64,000 nucleotides of DNA from Chitinophagales bacterium. GTDB lineage: Bacteria > Bacteroidota > Bacteroidia > Chitinophagales > JADJOU01. The notes under the pieces were generated by a model that did not search any database, had not been told where the DNA came from, and was given only the letters and a program-made list of their open reading frames with translations. Shown here in pieces: positions 37,709-46,562 of this stretch (positions are counted from its first letter, which is position 1; every line of letters begins with the position of its first letter). The position numbers were made by a program, and so were the translations under genes. The stretch is from positions 100,408 through 164,407 of the forward strand of contig JAEUUY010000021.1 of assembly GCA_016787225.1 (NCBI GenBank), written 5' to 3'.

Positions 37709-37799
37709 TTTGAATTCGTTCGACCTTCGGACAAAGTCCGTAGCCTTTTTCAAAAGCGAGTGCAAATATAAAGATATTTTATAAATGCACAAGACTTTT

Positions 37800-38129
37800 T
37801 TAAATTAATTCTCTCACCTCGATTTTATCGCCAATCGAGAATGTAGGGCATTGTTTGCCTATCTCCAGTGCCGCTTCAAAACTCTCTGCCTGAATGACAT
37901 ATAAGCCTCCAAAAGCAATTTCTGGATAGGGTATTTCTTTCGTTACTATTTCTCCATCGATCATTTCTAATAGGCAACCTTCGCCATTTAACCCGTAACC
38001 ATTGATAAATATACCTTTTGAAGCGAGCTCTTGTGCCCATTGGATATGTAATTGAATGATTTCTTTTAATTCGTTGTCTGGTCGTGAGGTGCGAATATCT
38101 TCACGAATGATGAGGATGTATTTCTTCAT
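37800..38129 (-). CDS. YciI-family (YCII/DGPF domain) protein
   Basis: 109 aa. The pattern ...GGLYVIQAESFEAALEIGKQCP....IEVRELI fits the YCII domain C-terminal signature. Confidence 0.6.
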   Translation of the reverse strand: MKKYILIIREDIRTSRPDNELKEIIQLHIQWAQELASKGIFINGYGLNGEGCLLEMIDGEIVTKEIPYPEIAFGGLYVIQAESFEAALEIGKQCPTFSIGDKIEVRELI

Positions 38130-38697
38130 TTTCGTCTAAATAGGGTTTATGGTAAATCAGTTCGTAAATTTTCTCAAAATCCCAGCTGTATAAGTGTTTG
38201 CCAAAACTAAAACGGTCTCCTTCATATTCAAACACTATACTATCATCCCGGTGAGAGTGTTGTATGATTTTATCATTGGCGCCGAAACCAAAGTAATCGA
38301 TAGATTTTCCCTTAAGTGGATGATCTACTGTAGGTTCAGCTTGGTATTTATAGCGAAGATTTTGAATTCTATGAATGTCAAAACTTTGATGTGAGGTATT
38401 TTGAAGGTCTTTTTTTTCAATTACAATTTTTCCTTCTCCAATAGCTATTGTCTCGTAGGATACTATTTGCTTTAAAAAAGTGTATGAAATAAAAAAATAA
38501 GCACCTGATATAACGAGAAGAATGAGTGAGCCTATGATGTTTTGAAAGCTCAAATTTGGCAATACAAATGTCCAAAAGAAAAAGGCTGTCATTACGAAGT
38601 ATAGAAGAAATAAGCCTAAAAAAAGTAATTTCCTTTTCTTATAAGTATTCTCTTTGAGATGTAGAATAGTTAAATTCCCCTTTTTTTCAATTTTCAT
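38101..38697 (-). CDS. hypothetical membrane protein (2 TM plus soluble C-terminal domain)
   Basis: 198 aa with two N-terminal hydrophobic helices and no recognisable motif. It overlaps the downstream YciI-like gene by 29 nt. Confidence 0.45.
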   Translation of the reverse strand: MKIEKKGNLTILHLKENTYKKRKLLFLGLFLLYFVMTAFFFWTFVLPNLSFQNIIGSLILLVISGAYFFISYTFLKQIVSYETIAIGEGKIVIEKKDLQNTSHQSFDIHRIQNLRYKYQAEPTVDHPLKGKSIDYFGFGANDKIIQHSHRDDSIVFEYEGDRFSFGKHLYSWDFEKIYELIYHKPYLDENEEIHPHHS

Positions 38698-38707
38698 ATT
38701 CTTTTTT

Positions 38708-39787
38708 TTAAAGCAGAGCTAAAAACTCATCAAACAAATACCCACTATCGTGCGGTCCTGGGGAACTCTCGGGGTGATATTGCACAGAGAATGCTTTTTT
38801 GTCTTTGATGCGAATGCCTTCGATGGTTTCATCATTGAGATTAATATGAGTCACTTCCACATTGGATAGTGATTTTAAAGAATCTCCATCCACTCCGAAA
38901 CCATGGTTTTGGGAAGTGATTTCACTGGTATTGTTGATTATGTTTTTCACTGGATGATTCAATCCTCTATGTCCATAATGCAGTTTATACGTCTTGGCCC
39001 CTGCTGCGAGAGCCAATATCTGCTGACCTAGACAAATGCCGAATACAGGTATATTTTTTTCGAGAATCTCTTTGGTCGTAACCACCGCATAATCCATAGA
39101 TGCAGGATCCCCAGGACCATTGGATAGAAATATTCCTTGCGGATTCCATGCTAATACTTCACTGAGAGGAGTCTTGGCAGGGAAGACTTTGAGGAAACAA
39201 TCGCGCTGAACGAAATTGTTTAGGATATTGGTCTTAATCCCATAATCATAAACGGCTATTCTATATTTTCCTTGTGGGTTGCCAAGTTCATAAGTTTCCG
39301 AGGTGCAAACTTTACTAGAGAGCTCTTGCCCCTTCATTTTAGGTGCTGCAGCTAATTGTTTTTTGAGTTCTTCTATATTATCGGTTTCAGAGGAAATAAT
39401 CGCATTCATCGCGCCTTGTTTGCGGATAATCTGAACCAGCTTTCTTGTATCTACTCCTTTTATTGCAGGAACATTATGCGCTGTGAAATAATCATGCAGC
39501 GACATAGTGGATTTGTATCTCGATGGTTTATCCGCAAACTCACGACAAATCATTCCGAAGATAGATGTCTTTTTATTTTCTTCATCAGCTTCAAGAGTTC
39601 CATAATTTCCTATATGGTTGGAAGTCATCACGAGCATTTGACCATAATAACTAGGATCAGTAAATAACTCCTGATAGCCTGTCATACCTGTATTGAAGCA
39701 GAGTTCGCCTACACGAGTCGTGTTCGCACCTACCGATACGCCTTCGAATACATCGCCGTTTTCTAAAACTAAAATTCCCTTATTCAA
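38708..39787 (-). CDS. carA: carbamoyl-phosphate synthase small (glutamine amidotransferase) subunit
   Basis: The N-terminus LVLENGDVFEG, the GATase triad context GICLGQQ and the QYHPES motif are present. Confidence 0.93.
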   Translation of the reverse strand: MNKGILVLENGDVFEGVSVGANTTRVGELCFNTGMTGYQELFTDPSYYGQMLVMTSNHIGNYGTLEADEENKKTSIFGMICREFADKPSRYKSTMSLHDYFTAHNVPAIKGVDTRKLVQIIRKQGAMNAIISSETDNIEELKKQLAAAPKMKGQELSSKVCTSETYELGNPQGKYRIAVYDYGIKTNILNNFVQRDCFLKVFPAKTPLSEVLAWNPQGIFLSNGPGDPASMDYAVVTTKEILEKNIPVFGICLGQQILALAAGAKTYKLHYGHRGLNHPVKNIINNTSEITSQNHGFGVDGDSLKSLSNVEVTHINLNDETIEGIRIKDKKAFSVQYHPESSPGPHDSGYLFDEFLALL

Positions 39788-39863
39788 TTTAATTAGTTTG
39801 TTTAGTTAATACAGTTTAATTCGCTCATCAACCAATCTTCATATCGTCAAATCATCACATTAA

Positions 39864-41042
39864 TTACATCTTCTCAAACACCACTGCTGTAGCGCCACCG
39901 CCACCATTACAGATACCGGCTACTCCATATTTCCCATTTTTATTTTTCAATACAGAAAGTAAGGTACAGGCGATTCTAGCTCCTGAGCCACCAATTGGGT
40001 GACCAAGTGCTACTGCTCCTCCATACACATTGACTTTGCTAGCATCGAGTTTTAATTCCTGTAAATTAGCTAGAGCAACTACAGAGAATGCCTCATTAAT
40101 CTCATAATAATCTATCTGCTCTACTGTCAATCCTGCTTTCTTAATCGCAGCTGGTATAGCTACAGATGGAGAGGTAGTAAACCAATCTGGGTCTTGTTCG
40201 CTATCGGCATATCCTACTACTTTTGCTATTGGCTTTAATCCTAAACTTTCCATTTTTGCTTTGCTCATCAGGATCATCACTGCTGCTCCGTCGTTGATTT
40301 TAGAAGCGTTGACGGCAGTGACCGTTCCATTTTTATCAAAAGCAGGCTTGACAGTTGTTACTTTATCCCATTTTACATTTTTGTATTCATCATCTTCGGT
40401 GACTAGTTTAGGTTCGCCACCTCTTTGTGGGATAGCAACAGGTATCAACTCATCTGCAAAAGCATTTTCGGCATAAGCTGCTTGGGCGCGCTTGTATGAT
40501 TCTATTGCATAAGCATCCTGATGCTCTCTTGTGATTTCATATTTCGCTGCACAAAGTTCAGCGATATTACCCATCATCCCTTTTTTAAAAGGATCTTGTA
40601 AGCCGTCTCGAACAATAGCATCGACGATTTCACCATTACCATAGCGATAACCACCTCTTCCGTTCGGGATATAATAAGGCGCATTGGTCATAGACTCAAA
40701 ACCACCTACTAAAACGACATCGTAGTTTCCTAGTTGGATAGATTGTGCTCCTAAAGCAATAGATTTCAAACCGGAAGCACATACTTTATTGATGGTCGTG
40801 CAGGCCGTTTGGTGAGTCAATCCCGCACCTAAAGCAGCCTGACGCGCTGGCGCTTGTCCATTATTGGCTTGAAGTACATTCCCTAAAATAACCTCTTGGA
40901 TTTCTTTGGCTTGAATGCAAGACTTTTCCAAAACTCCCTTTATAGCATCAATTCCTAATTCAACACCTGTCTTAGCAGCCAAAGAACCACTAAAAGCACC
41001 TATTGGCGTGCGACCATAGGCTACTACATATACTTCGTTCAT
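39864..41042 (-). CDS. acetyl-CoA C-acetyltransferase (thiolase II)
   Basis: NKVCASGLKS (active-site Cys), NEAFS and the GICNGGGGA C-terminal motif are present. The start was moved to MNEVYVV (41042) because a -7 box lies inside the longer ORF-track extension. Confidence 0.9.
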   Translation of the reverse strand: MNEVYVVAYGRTPIGAFSGSLAAKTGVELGIDAIKGVLEKSCIQAKEIQEVILGNVLQANNGQAPARQAALGAGLTHQTACTTINKVCASGLKSIALGAQSIQLGNYDVVLVGGFESMTNAPYYIPNGRGGYRYGNGEIVDAIVRDGLQDPFKKGMMGNIAELCAAKYEITREHQDAYAIESYKRAQAAYAENAFADELIPVAIPQRGGEPKLVTEDDEYKNVKWDKVTTVKPAFDKNGTVTAVNASKINDGAAVMILMSKAKMESLGLKPIAKVVGYADSEQDPDWFTTSPSVAIPAAIKKAGLTVEQIDYYEINEAFSVVALANLQELKLDASKVNVYGGAVALGHPIGGSGARIACTLLSVLKNKNGKYGVAGICNGGGGATAVVFEKM

Positions 41043-41072
41043 ATAAAATGGTTTATTAATTTTTTTGTGGCA

Positions 41073-41080
41073 CAAATGTA
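41073..41080 (-). promoter_or_regulatory. -7 promoter box TACATTTG (minus strand)
   Basis: It lies within the ORF-track N-terminal extension of the thiolase gene, about 30 nt upstream of ATG 41042. Confidence 0.4.
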
Positions 41081-41285
41081 CATTAAAATTTTTATCCGAA
41101 TATTTTCATAGAGAGGATTAAAATTTTAATGGGAATGCAACCATGCTGCTTAAGTAATTCATAATTAAATGGTTAAAGATAGCTAGATAGGTTCAAGTCC
41201 TTGGGGCAATTATTAAGATTGTGGATAAGTTTTAGTTCCTTATTTTTCAATCAAATAAGCGCCATTTTTTGGCAATGTGGATTTT

Positions 41286-41293
41286 TATATTTG
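41286..41293 (+). promoter_or_regulatory. -7 promoter box TATATTTG
   Basis: TAnnTTTG lies 72 nt upstream of the dinB ATG. Confidence 0.35.
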
Positions 41294-41364
41294 TCCCAAG
41301 TCAAAATAATGAACTACTTTAGTATTAGATTTTTTACACCACTTATTTTTCGCGACTTATAGAT

Positions 41365-42543
41365 ATGCAGCGCACGATTGCACACATGGATTTAGACACC
41401 TTTTTCGTCTCGGTAGAGCGGAAAAATCAGCCGCAGCTGATAGGGAAGCCTGTGCTGGTAGGTGGCACGAGTGACCGCGGTGTGGTGGCATCCTGTAGCT
41501 ACGAAGCGCGCAGTTATGGCATACATTCGGGCATGTCTATGAAGCTCGCTCGCCAGCTCTGTCCAGAAGCTATGATCGTGCGTGGAGATCACGAGCAGTA
41601 CAGTTATTACTCCAATATCATTACGGATATCATCCGCGAGCGCGTACCGCTCTACGAAAAGACTTCGATCGATGAATTTTATATAGACCTCACGGGGATG
41701 GACCGCTTTTTTGGTTGTTTCAAATATGCGACCGAACTCCGCTCTACCATTATGAAAGAAACGGCTCTCCCCATATCCCTAGCTATGTCGTGCAATAAGA
41801 CGGTGGCTAAGATAGGCACGGGACAGGCCAAACCCAATGGTCAGCTAGAGATAGCCGTGGGCAATGAAAAAGAATTTTTAGCCCCTCTGTCTATTCGTAA
41901 AATACCTATGGTGGGTGAGAAGACCTATAGTCTGCTTCGCAATATGGGTATAGAGAAAATCAAGACAATTCAGGAAATGCCGCTGGAAATCATGCAGCGT
42001 GTCTTGGGAGAAAATGGTGCGGCGATATGGCGAAAAGCCAATGGTATAGACCATTCGCCGCTAGTACCCTACAGTGAAAATAAATCTATATCGACGGAGA
42101 CGACCTTTGATAAAGATACCATAGATGTGCACTACCTCCAGCAGGTCCTAACCAATATGACAGAGAGTCTCGCTTACCAGCTGCGAAGCAAGAAAAAACT
42201 AACCGCCTGCGTCACCATCAAAATTCGCTATTCGGACTTCAATACCTATACCATGCAGTGCAAGGTTCCCTATACGGCGATGGATCACGTGCTCATAGAC
42301 AAGGTCAAGACCTTGTTTCATAAATTATTTCAAAAGCGACTCTTGATACGATTGATTGGGATTCGATTTAGCCACTTGGTGCAGGGTTCGTATCAGTTTG
42401 ACCTCTTCGATGATATGACCGAAAAAGTGATGCTCTATAGTGCTATGGACAAGCTCCGCGACCGCTTCGGAGAAAATATCATCCAACGCGCTTCGATAGT
42501 AGGAATGAAAAAACGAGAGTTTTTAAATCCGTTTAAGGGGTAG
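41365..42543 (+). CDS. dinB: Y-family DNA polymerase IV
   Basis: IAHMDLDTFFVSVE, GGTSDRGVVASCSYEARSYGIHSGM and SIDEFYIDLTG are present, and the length is 392 aa. Confidence 0.9.
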   Translation: MQRTIAHMDLDTFFVSVERKNQPQLIGKPVLVGGTSDRGVVASCSYEARSYGIHSGMSMKLARQLCPEAMIVRGDHEQYSYYSNIITDIIRERVPLYEKTSIDEFYIDLTGMDRFFGCFKYATELRSTIMKETALPISLAMSCNKTVAKIGTGQAKPNGQLEIAVGNEKEFLAPLSIRKIPMVGEKTYSLLRNMGIEKIKTIQEMPLEIMQRVLGENGAAIWRKANGIDHSPLVPYSENKSISTETTFDKDTIDVHYLQQVLTNMTESLAYQLRSKKKLTACVTIKIRYSDFNTYTMQCKVPYTAMDHVLIDKVKTLFHKLFQKRLLIRLIGIRFSHLVQGSYQFDLFDDMTEKVMLYSAMDKLRDRFGENIIQRASIVGMKKREFLNPFKG

Positions 42544-42593
42544 AAATAGTGGGAAGTTGAAAGTAGAAAGTGGTCGGTAGTTGTGGGTAGAGA

Positions 42594-42617
42594 GTTTTGA
42601 ATGGTTTTAACCGCTAG
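42594..42617. repeat. possible relic of the 126-bp repeat hairpin domain
   Basis: GTTTTGAATGG-TTTTAACCGCTAG resembles GGTTTTAAAATGG[...]TTTTAAAACCGCTAT with the loop half deleted. It lies in a convergent intergenic spacer. Confidence 0.3.
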
Positions 42618-42644
42618 ATTTTATTTAATCAAAGTATGTGTTTA

Positions 42645-43304
42645 TTAAGTGTTTTGTATAAAGTAACAGGCAACTTTTGAGGTTGGTTCAAAAAATACTT
42701 TTAGATTTCCGTCACACCAGAAGTTTAAGTTTTTAAATATATTTTCATAGTAATCATCGTCACTTTTAAAGTTTTTTTCCTTTGCAGTTATAGGTGCATT
42801 ACTCATTAGTTGGCAAATGAATCTCATCTTCTTTTTAGATTTTGGACAAGTAGGAACGTCTGAAGATTGTGTCCAATGAGGTTTCCCTGTAATAGCTATA
42901 ACCTCAAATTCGTTCTCATCATTTATTCCGTTAAATGGTTTTAATGAGAAGTTTGCTCTATTGTAAACCACATACGACTCTTTAGTTAGTTCATCGTAAG
43001 CACTTGTAACTGCTGCTGAGTTTGTTGGATAAATCAGTTCGGGTTCATTTGATTTTTCGTAGTCTAAGAAAATGTAGTCAAAGTCTGTAAATATTGGACA
43101 AATTAAATGTAATGGAAATGGTAACCATTCAAATTGTCTGTCTGCATTGTTAATTATCCCTAAATACTGAAATCCACCTAAAAATTGGTTATTAGGAATT
43201 TTGAATCCTGATGGTATTTCTCCGCCAATCTGGTGCAATCCTTTATTGTCTTGAACAAATTCAAATTGCTGGGTCTTATTAAATAGTTTTTTGATAAAAT
43301 CCAC
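42645..43304 (-). CDS. hypothetical cytoplasmic protein (YwqG/DUF1963-like layout, unconfirmed)
   Basis: 219 aa. IGGEIPSGFKIP near the N-terminus and GKPHWTQSSDVPTCPKSKKKMRFICQL near the C-terminus loosely recall DUF1963-type proteins. Confidence 0.4.
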   Translation of the reverse strand: MDFIKKLFNKTQQFEFVQDNKGLHQIGGEIPSGFKIPNNQFLGGFQYLGIINNADRQFEWLPFPLHLICPIFTDFDYIFLDYEKSNEPELIYPTNSAAVTSAYDELTKESYVVYNRANFSLKPFNGINDENEFEVIAITGKPHWTQSSDVPTCPKSKKKMRFICQLMSNAPITAKEKNFKSDDDYYENIFKNLNFWCDGNLKVFFEPTSKVACYFIQNT

Positions 43305-43379
43305 TTTTTTATTTTATGTAGTATACCTTATAAAGGTTCACTACAAATATACAAAACAATCTAGAATTTTTGAAACTAC

Positions 43380-44018
43380 TTAGTTTTCAATATACGATTT
43401 AAAAAACGTTCTCTTCTTTACTGAGATGGCCTCACTTACTACTGCTATTTTTAAATGCTCTTGGTCTTTTTCATTCGCATAGTGAAGTTGAAATAAATCG
43501 TAGACAGAGAGACCTTGCTGTGGTCTATCCATTAAGGAGAATTCGTCACCGACTTCTACGGAACCTTCTTCTAAAATACTCAAGTAACTCCCTGCGAAAC
43601 CGCGCTCGATAAATTGTTTGATGATAGCTTGGGTTCCGAATTTATGTCCGAGTTTATAACAAGGCTCTCGTGAATGAGATATTTGACCCAAGGCATTCCC
43701 GATTCTATAAATGTCTCCGAGATATACTTTTCTTTCATCAAAATCTGATAGCGTTAGATTTTCCCCAAACATCCCCCAGTTCCAATTTAGGTTTGGATAC
43801 AAACCCTTCCAATATGGATATTGTTCTTTTGAAAAAATATAACAAGCTTTAAAATGTCCTCCATGATGCACTCGGTCCGAAATTTCATCATTTAAGACAT
43901 CGGTTTTGGACAGAAATATGGGCTCATCACTGGGTAATTTATAAATACCGGTGACTACTTCTTTCTCATTCCATAAAAAGGTGGTGGGTTTGGCTAAGTT
44001 GGTGGAGACTATTTTCAT
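43380..44018 (-). CDS. MOSC-domain protein (YiiM-like)
   Basis: 212 aa. The pattern GIYK.P...PIFLSKT.VLNDEISDRVHHGG..KA...FS.E.Y.YW, followed by GENLT and a 3-alpha-like C-terminus, fits a MOSC domain. Confidence 0.75.
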   Translation of the reverse strand: MKIVSTNLAKPTTFLWNEKEVVTGIYKLPSDEPIFLSKTDVLNDEISDRVHHGGHFKACYIFSKEQYPYWKGLYPNLNWNWGMFGENLTLSDFDERKVYLGDIYRIGNALGQISHSREPCYKLGHKFGTQAIIKQFIERGFAGSYLSILEEGSVEVGDEFSLMDRPQQGLSVYDLFQLHYANEKDQEHLKIAVVSEAISVKKRTFFKSYIEN

Positions 44019-44062
44019 TTAGGGTTGTTATTAATAGGACAACGATTTTTTTTTATTAGTTT

Positions 44063-45307
44063 TTATTGAATGATTTTGAGAATCCATTGAATACAATCAT
44101 TCGGTTCTACTATACTCCACGAATGCGGATGTCGATTCCCTTCGAGGCGATAACCCTTTTGATAGGCATTAATAAATTCTGCTCGCTTATTTCCGTTGTC
44201 CCTGAGCCATTGTATCATAGCTGTTTGATCTAGAGCATTGAGGTCATACATATCGACGTTTCGATTTTCCATCCACCAGTTAGGGTCTACATCTCCATAA
44301 ATTCTCAATGGTGTTTTTAAAAGATATTTTGCATTGCCGCCATCGGATGAGAAACTTGTAAAAGGCGAATAATATTCATATCTATTTTTAGCGGTTTCAG
44401 GTGTGCCTTGACAATACTTTTCCAATTCTCTCATTCCGTATGCGGGTTCATTTTGGCTCGGGTTTTTATTGAGTTTACGCTTAAAATTGGCATAGACATT
44501 TTTCAAATCACACGGGCCATCGCAGTTAAAAATGGCTACTGGTTTTATTACCGTTTTACTTGAATCTTGATTGGAAAATTCGGCATATCGCATACTGAAA
44601 ATACCACCCATGGACCAACCTCCTAGAACAAATTTTTCTCGTGGTAAATCGTATTCTTGAATAGCTTTGGTTATCATGGTATTCATTATACTCAATGCCT
44701 CATCGGTTAAAGTCAGTCTTTGGTTGATGGAAAGTGCTATCACCGCTAGATGATTCTGGTGGGCTAACTCGCAGAATAGACTCATGCTGCTGAAAATGTA
44801 TTCTGTAGTTGTCCAAGTGCCAGGCAATAATACGATAACTCCTTGAATACTGTCTGCTGGAATTATGGCATCATAGAAAAGATTTTGTTGATTGTTATCA
44901 CCGACATAGATGTTTGTAGAGTCTCCAGTTGATACTATCGTTCGTTTCCATAGTTTTAATAATTGGTTATTGAGAAATAGGGGCTCTCCGTACCTAAAAT
45001 TTCCTGATAGTTTTCTATCTTTCCAGAAAGTGAAACTGCCCTGTCCATGTGGCTTACCATCTTTCATTTCACCGATATATTTACTTGTTTCTTTACCTGC
45101 GGTGAAACCAATCATAGTGCCTAATCCCGAAGCCAAGCCATTCGTACATCCTCCAGACCAGGAAACACTATCTTCGGAAAATGTGTGTTTAAACCATACG
45201 GTACATTTAGAGCGAGGGTCTTGTATAAAATTACCTTCCGTTTCTTGACTGTGAGCGGATACACAAAGAATGATGGTTGTTATTGTCAAAGAATATCTCA
45301 ATCTCAT
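44063..45307 (-). CDS. secreted MORN-repeat / alpha-beta hydrolase fusion protein
   Basis: It has a signal peptide and MORN-like repeats (GGCTNGLASGLGTM...YIGEMKDGKPHGQGSFTF). A serine-hydrolase nucleophile elbow GGWSMGG follows. Confidence 0.6.
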   Translation of the reverse strand: MRLRYSLTITTIILCVSAHSQETEGNFIQDPRSKCTVWFKHTFSEDSVSWSGGCTNGLASGLGTMIGFTAGKETSKYIGEMKDGKPHGQGSFTFWKDRKLSGNFRYGEPLFLNNQLLKLWKRTIVSTGDSTNIYVGDNNQQNLFYDAIIPADSIQGVIVLLPGTWTTTEYIFSSMSLFCELAHQNHLAVIALSINQRLTLTDEALSIMNTMITKAIQEYDLPREKFVLGGWSMGGIFSMRYAEFSNQDSSKTVIKPVAIFNCDGPCDLKNVYANFKRKLNKNPSQNEPAYGMRELEKYCQGTPETAKNRYEYYSPFTSFSSDGGNAKYLLKTPLRIYGDVDPNWWMENRNVDMYDLNALDQTAMIQWLRDNGNKRAEFINAYQKGYRLEGNRHPHSWSIVEPNDCIQWILKIIQ

Positions 45308-45321
45308 TTGAGGTTGTTTTA

Positions 45322-45867
45322 TTAGGGTTTAATCTCTATGTTAGCGCCAATTTTTACAGCTTTGTATAATTCATCCATTTCATCATTCGTAACTCGAATG
45401 CAGCCATCCGTATAGAACCAAGTGTGAAATATATCGAAAGGACCTAGTTCTGTTCCTGTTCCGTGAATCTTAATATCACCACCAGTGCTTTTACCTAGTT
45501 TTTTAGCATTTGCTCTATCATCAGCATTTGGATAGGATATACCTAGGTTTTTATGATACCGACTGTGCGGGTTTTTATTGAATATCATATAGTGTCCTTC
45601 TGGGGTTTTCTGATCTCCCTCTGTTTCTTTTTTGCCAAGGGTATTTTTACCTATGGCTATAGAATAGGTTTTTAAAAGATATTCTTTTGAGAATACGTGC
45701 ATTGTTCTATCTGATTTATCCACTATTATTCTATCTATTTTTGAATCTGGAGGAATCGGAAAATGAGTTACTGATCTGTAGATAATCAGTGTCATAATCA
45801 TTGTAAAGGCAATCAATAATACTCGTATAAAATGTTTCAAAAGTCTTATATGAATTTTTTCATTCAA
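45322..45867 (-). CDS. L,D-transpeptidase (YkuD) family protein
   Basis: The catalytic region IKIHGTG......TDGCIRVTNDEMDELY carries the His and Cys of YkuD. There is an N-terminal TM anchor. Confidence 0.8.
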   Translation of the reverse strand: MNEKIHIRLLKHFIRVLLIAFTMIMTLIIYRSVTHFPIPPDSKIDRIIVDKSDRTMHVFSKEYLLKTYSIAIGKNTLGKKETEGDQKTPEGHYMIFNKNPHSRYHKNLGISYPNADDRANAKKLGKSTGGDIKIHGTGTELGPFDIFHTWFYTDGCIRVTNDEMDELYKAVKIGANIEIKP

Positions 45868-45874
45868 AACTAAC

Positions 45875-45882
45875 TAAATTTG
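45875..45882 (+). promoter_or_regulatory. -7 promoter box TAAATTTG
   Basis: TAnnTTTG lies 66 nt upstream of the SRAP ATG. Confidence 0.35.
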
Positions 45883-45948
45883 AACTGAAATATAAAAAAA
45901 AACTGATTAAACACTGACTACCGACGGCTAACTACTGACTTCTGAATT

Positions 45949-46557
45949 ATGTGTTATACCATTAAGCAAACTGCCAACGAACGCCTCTTAGAAGGGAGAT
46001 TTCGCGCACGGGTTAAGTATCCACCTCAGCTGGAGCAGATAGAAAAGTCTTCTGGCTTTGCTTTTCCTTTAGTGCCTATTATCACAAACAAAGAAACAGA
46101 GAGTATTCAATTATTTCATTGGGGATTGATACCTCACTGGGCTAAGGATAAGGAGATACGTAAAAACACCTTGAATGCTCGAATAGAAACTATCGAAGAA
46201 AAACCTAGTTTTCGTTCCTATACAACAAATCGTTGTCTGGTGTTAATTGACGGCTTCTACGAATATCAATGGCAAGACCCGAAAGGGAAGGTCAAAAAAC
46301 TTTTTCTCATGACCATGCCTGATGGAGAACCATTTGCCCTAGGCGGTTTGTATAGCGTCTGGACTGATACCACTACAGGAGAGCTTATTCCTAGCTTTAC
46401 CATTCTGACTATGGAAGCGAATGAGCAGATGGCAGTCATACACAATACCAAGAAACGAATGCCGTTGATATTGACAAAAGAGAATGAAATGGATTGGCTG
46501 GAGGGGAAGTTAGATGATACCTTATTTAATGGGAATTTAATCACAACAGAACTTTAA
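45949..46557 (+). CDS. yedK: SOS-response-associated peptidase (SRAP/YedK, abasic-site processing protein)
   Basis: It starts MC (catalytic Cys2). HWGLIPHWAKD, the NARIET motif and the ~200-aa size fit SRAP. Confidence 0.88.
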   Translation: MCYTIKQTANERLLEGRFRARVKYPPQLEQIEKSSGFAFPLVPIITNKETESIQLFHWGLIPHWAKDKEIRKNTLNARIETIEEKPSFRSYTTNRCLVLIDGFYEYQWQDPKGKVKKLFLMTMPDGEPFALGGLYSVWTDTTTGELIPSFTILTMEANEQMAVIHNTKKRMPLILTKENEMDWLEGKLDDTLFNGNLITTEL

Positions 46558-46562
46558 CTGAT

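Noticed and set aside
41186-41200. GGTTCAAGTCC, which looks like a tRNA T-loop, upstream of the GC-rich dinB. It could be a tRNA or att-site remnant.
   Set aside because: Only 3 bp of T-stem can be formed around it, and I could not build an acceptor or anticodon arm from the flanks. A single 11-mer is not enough evidence.
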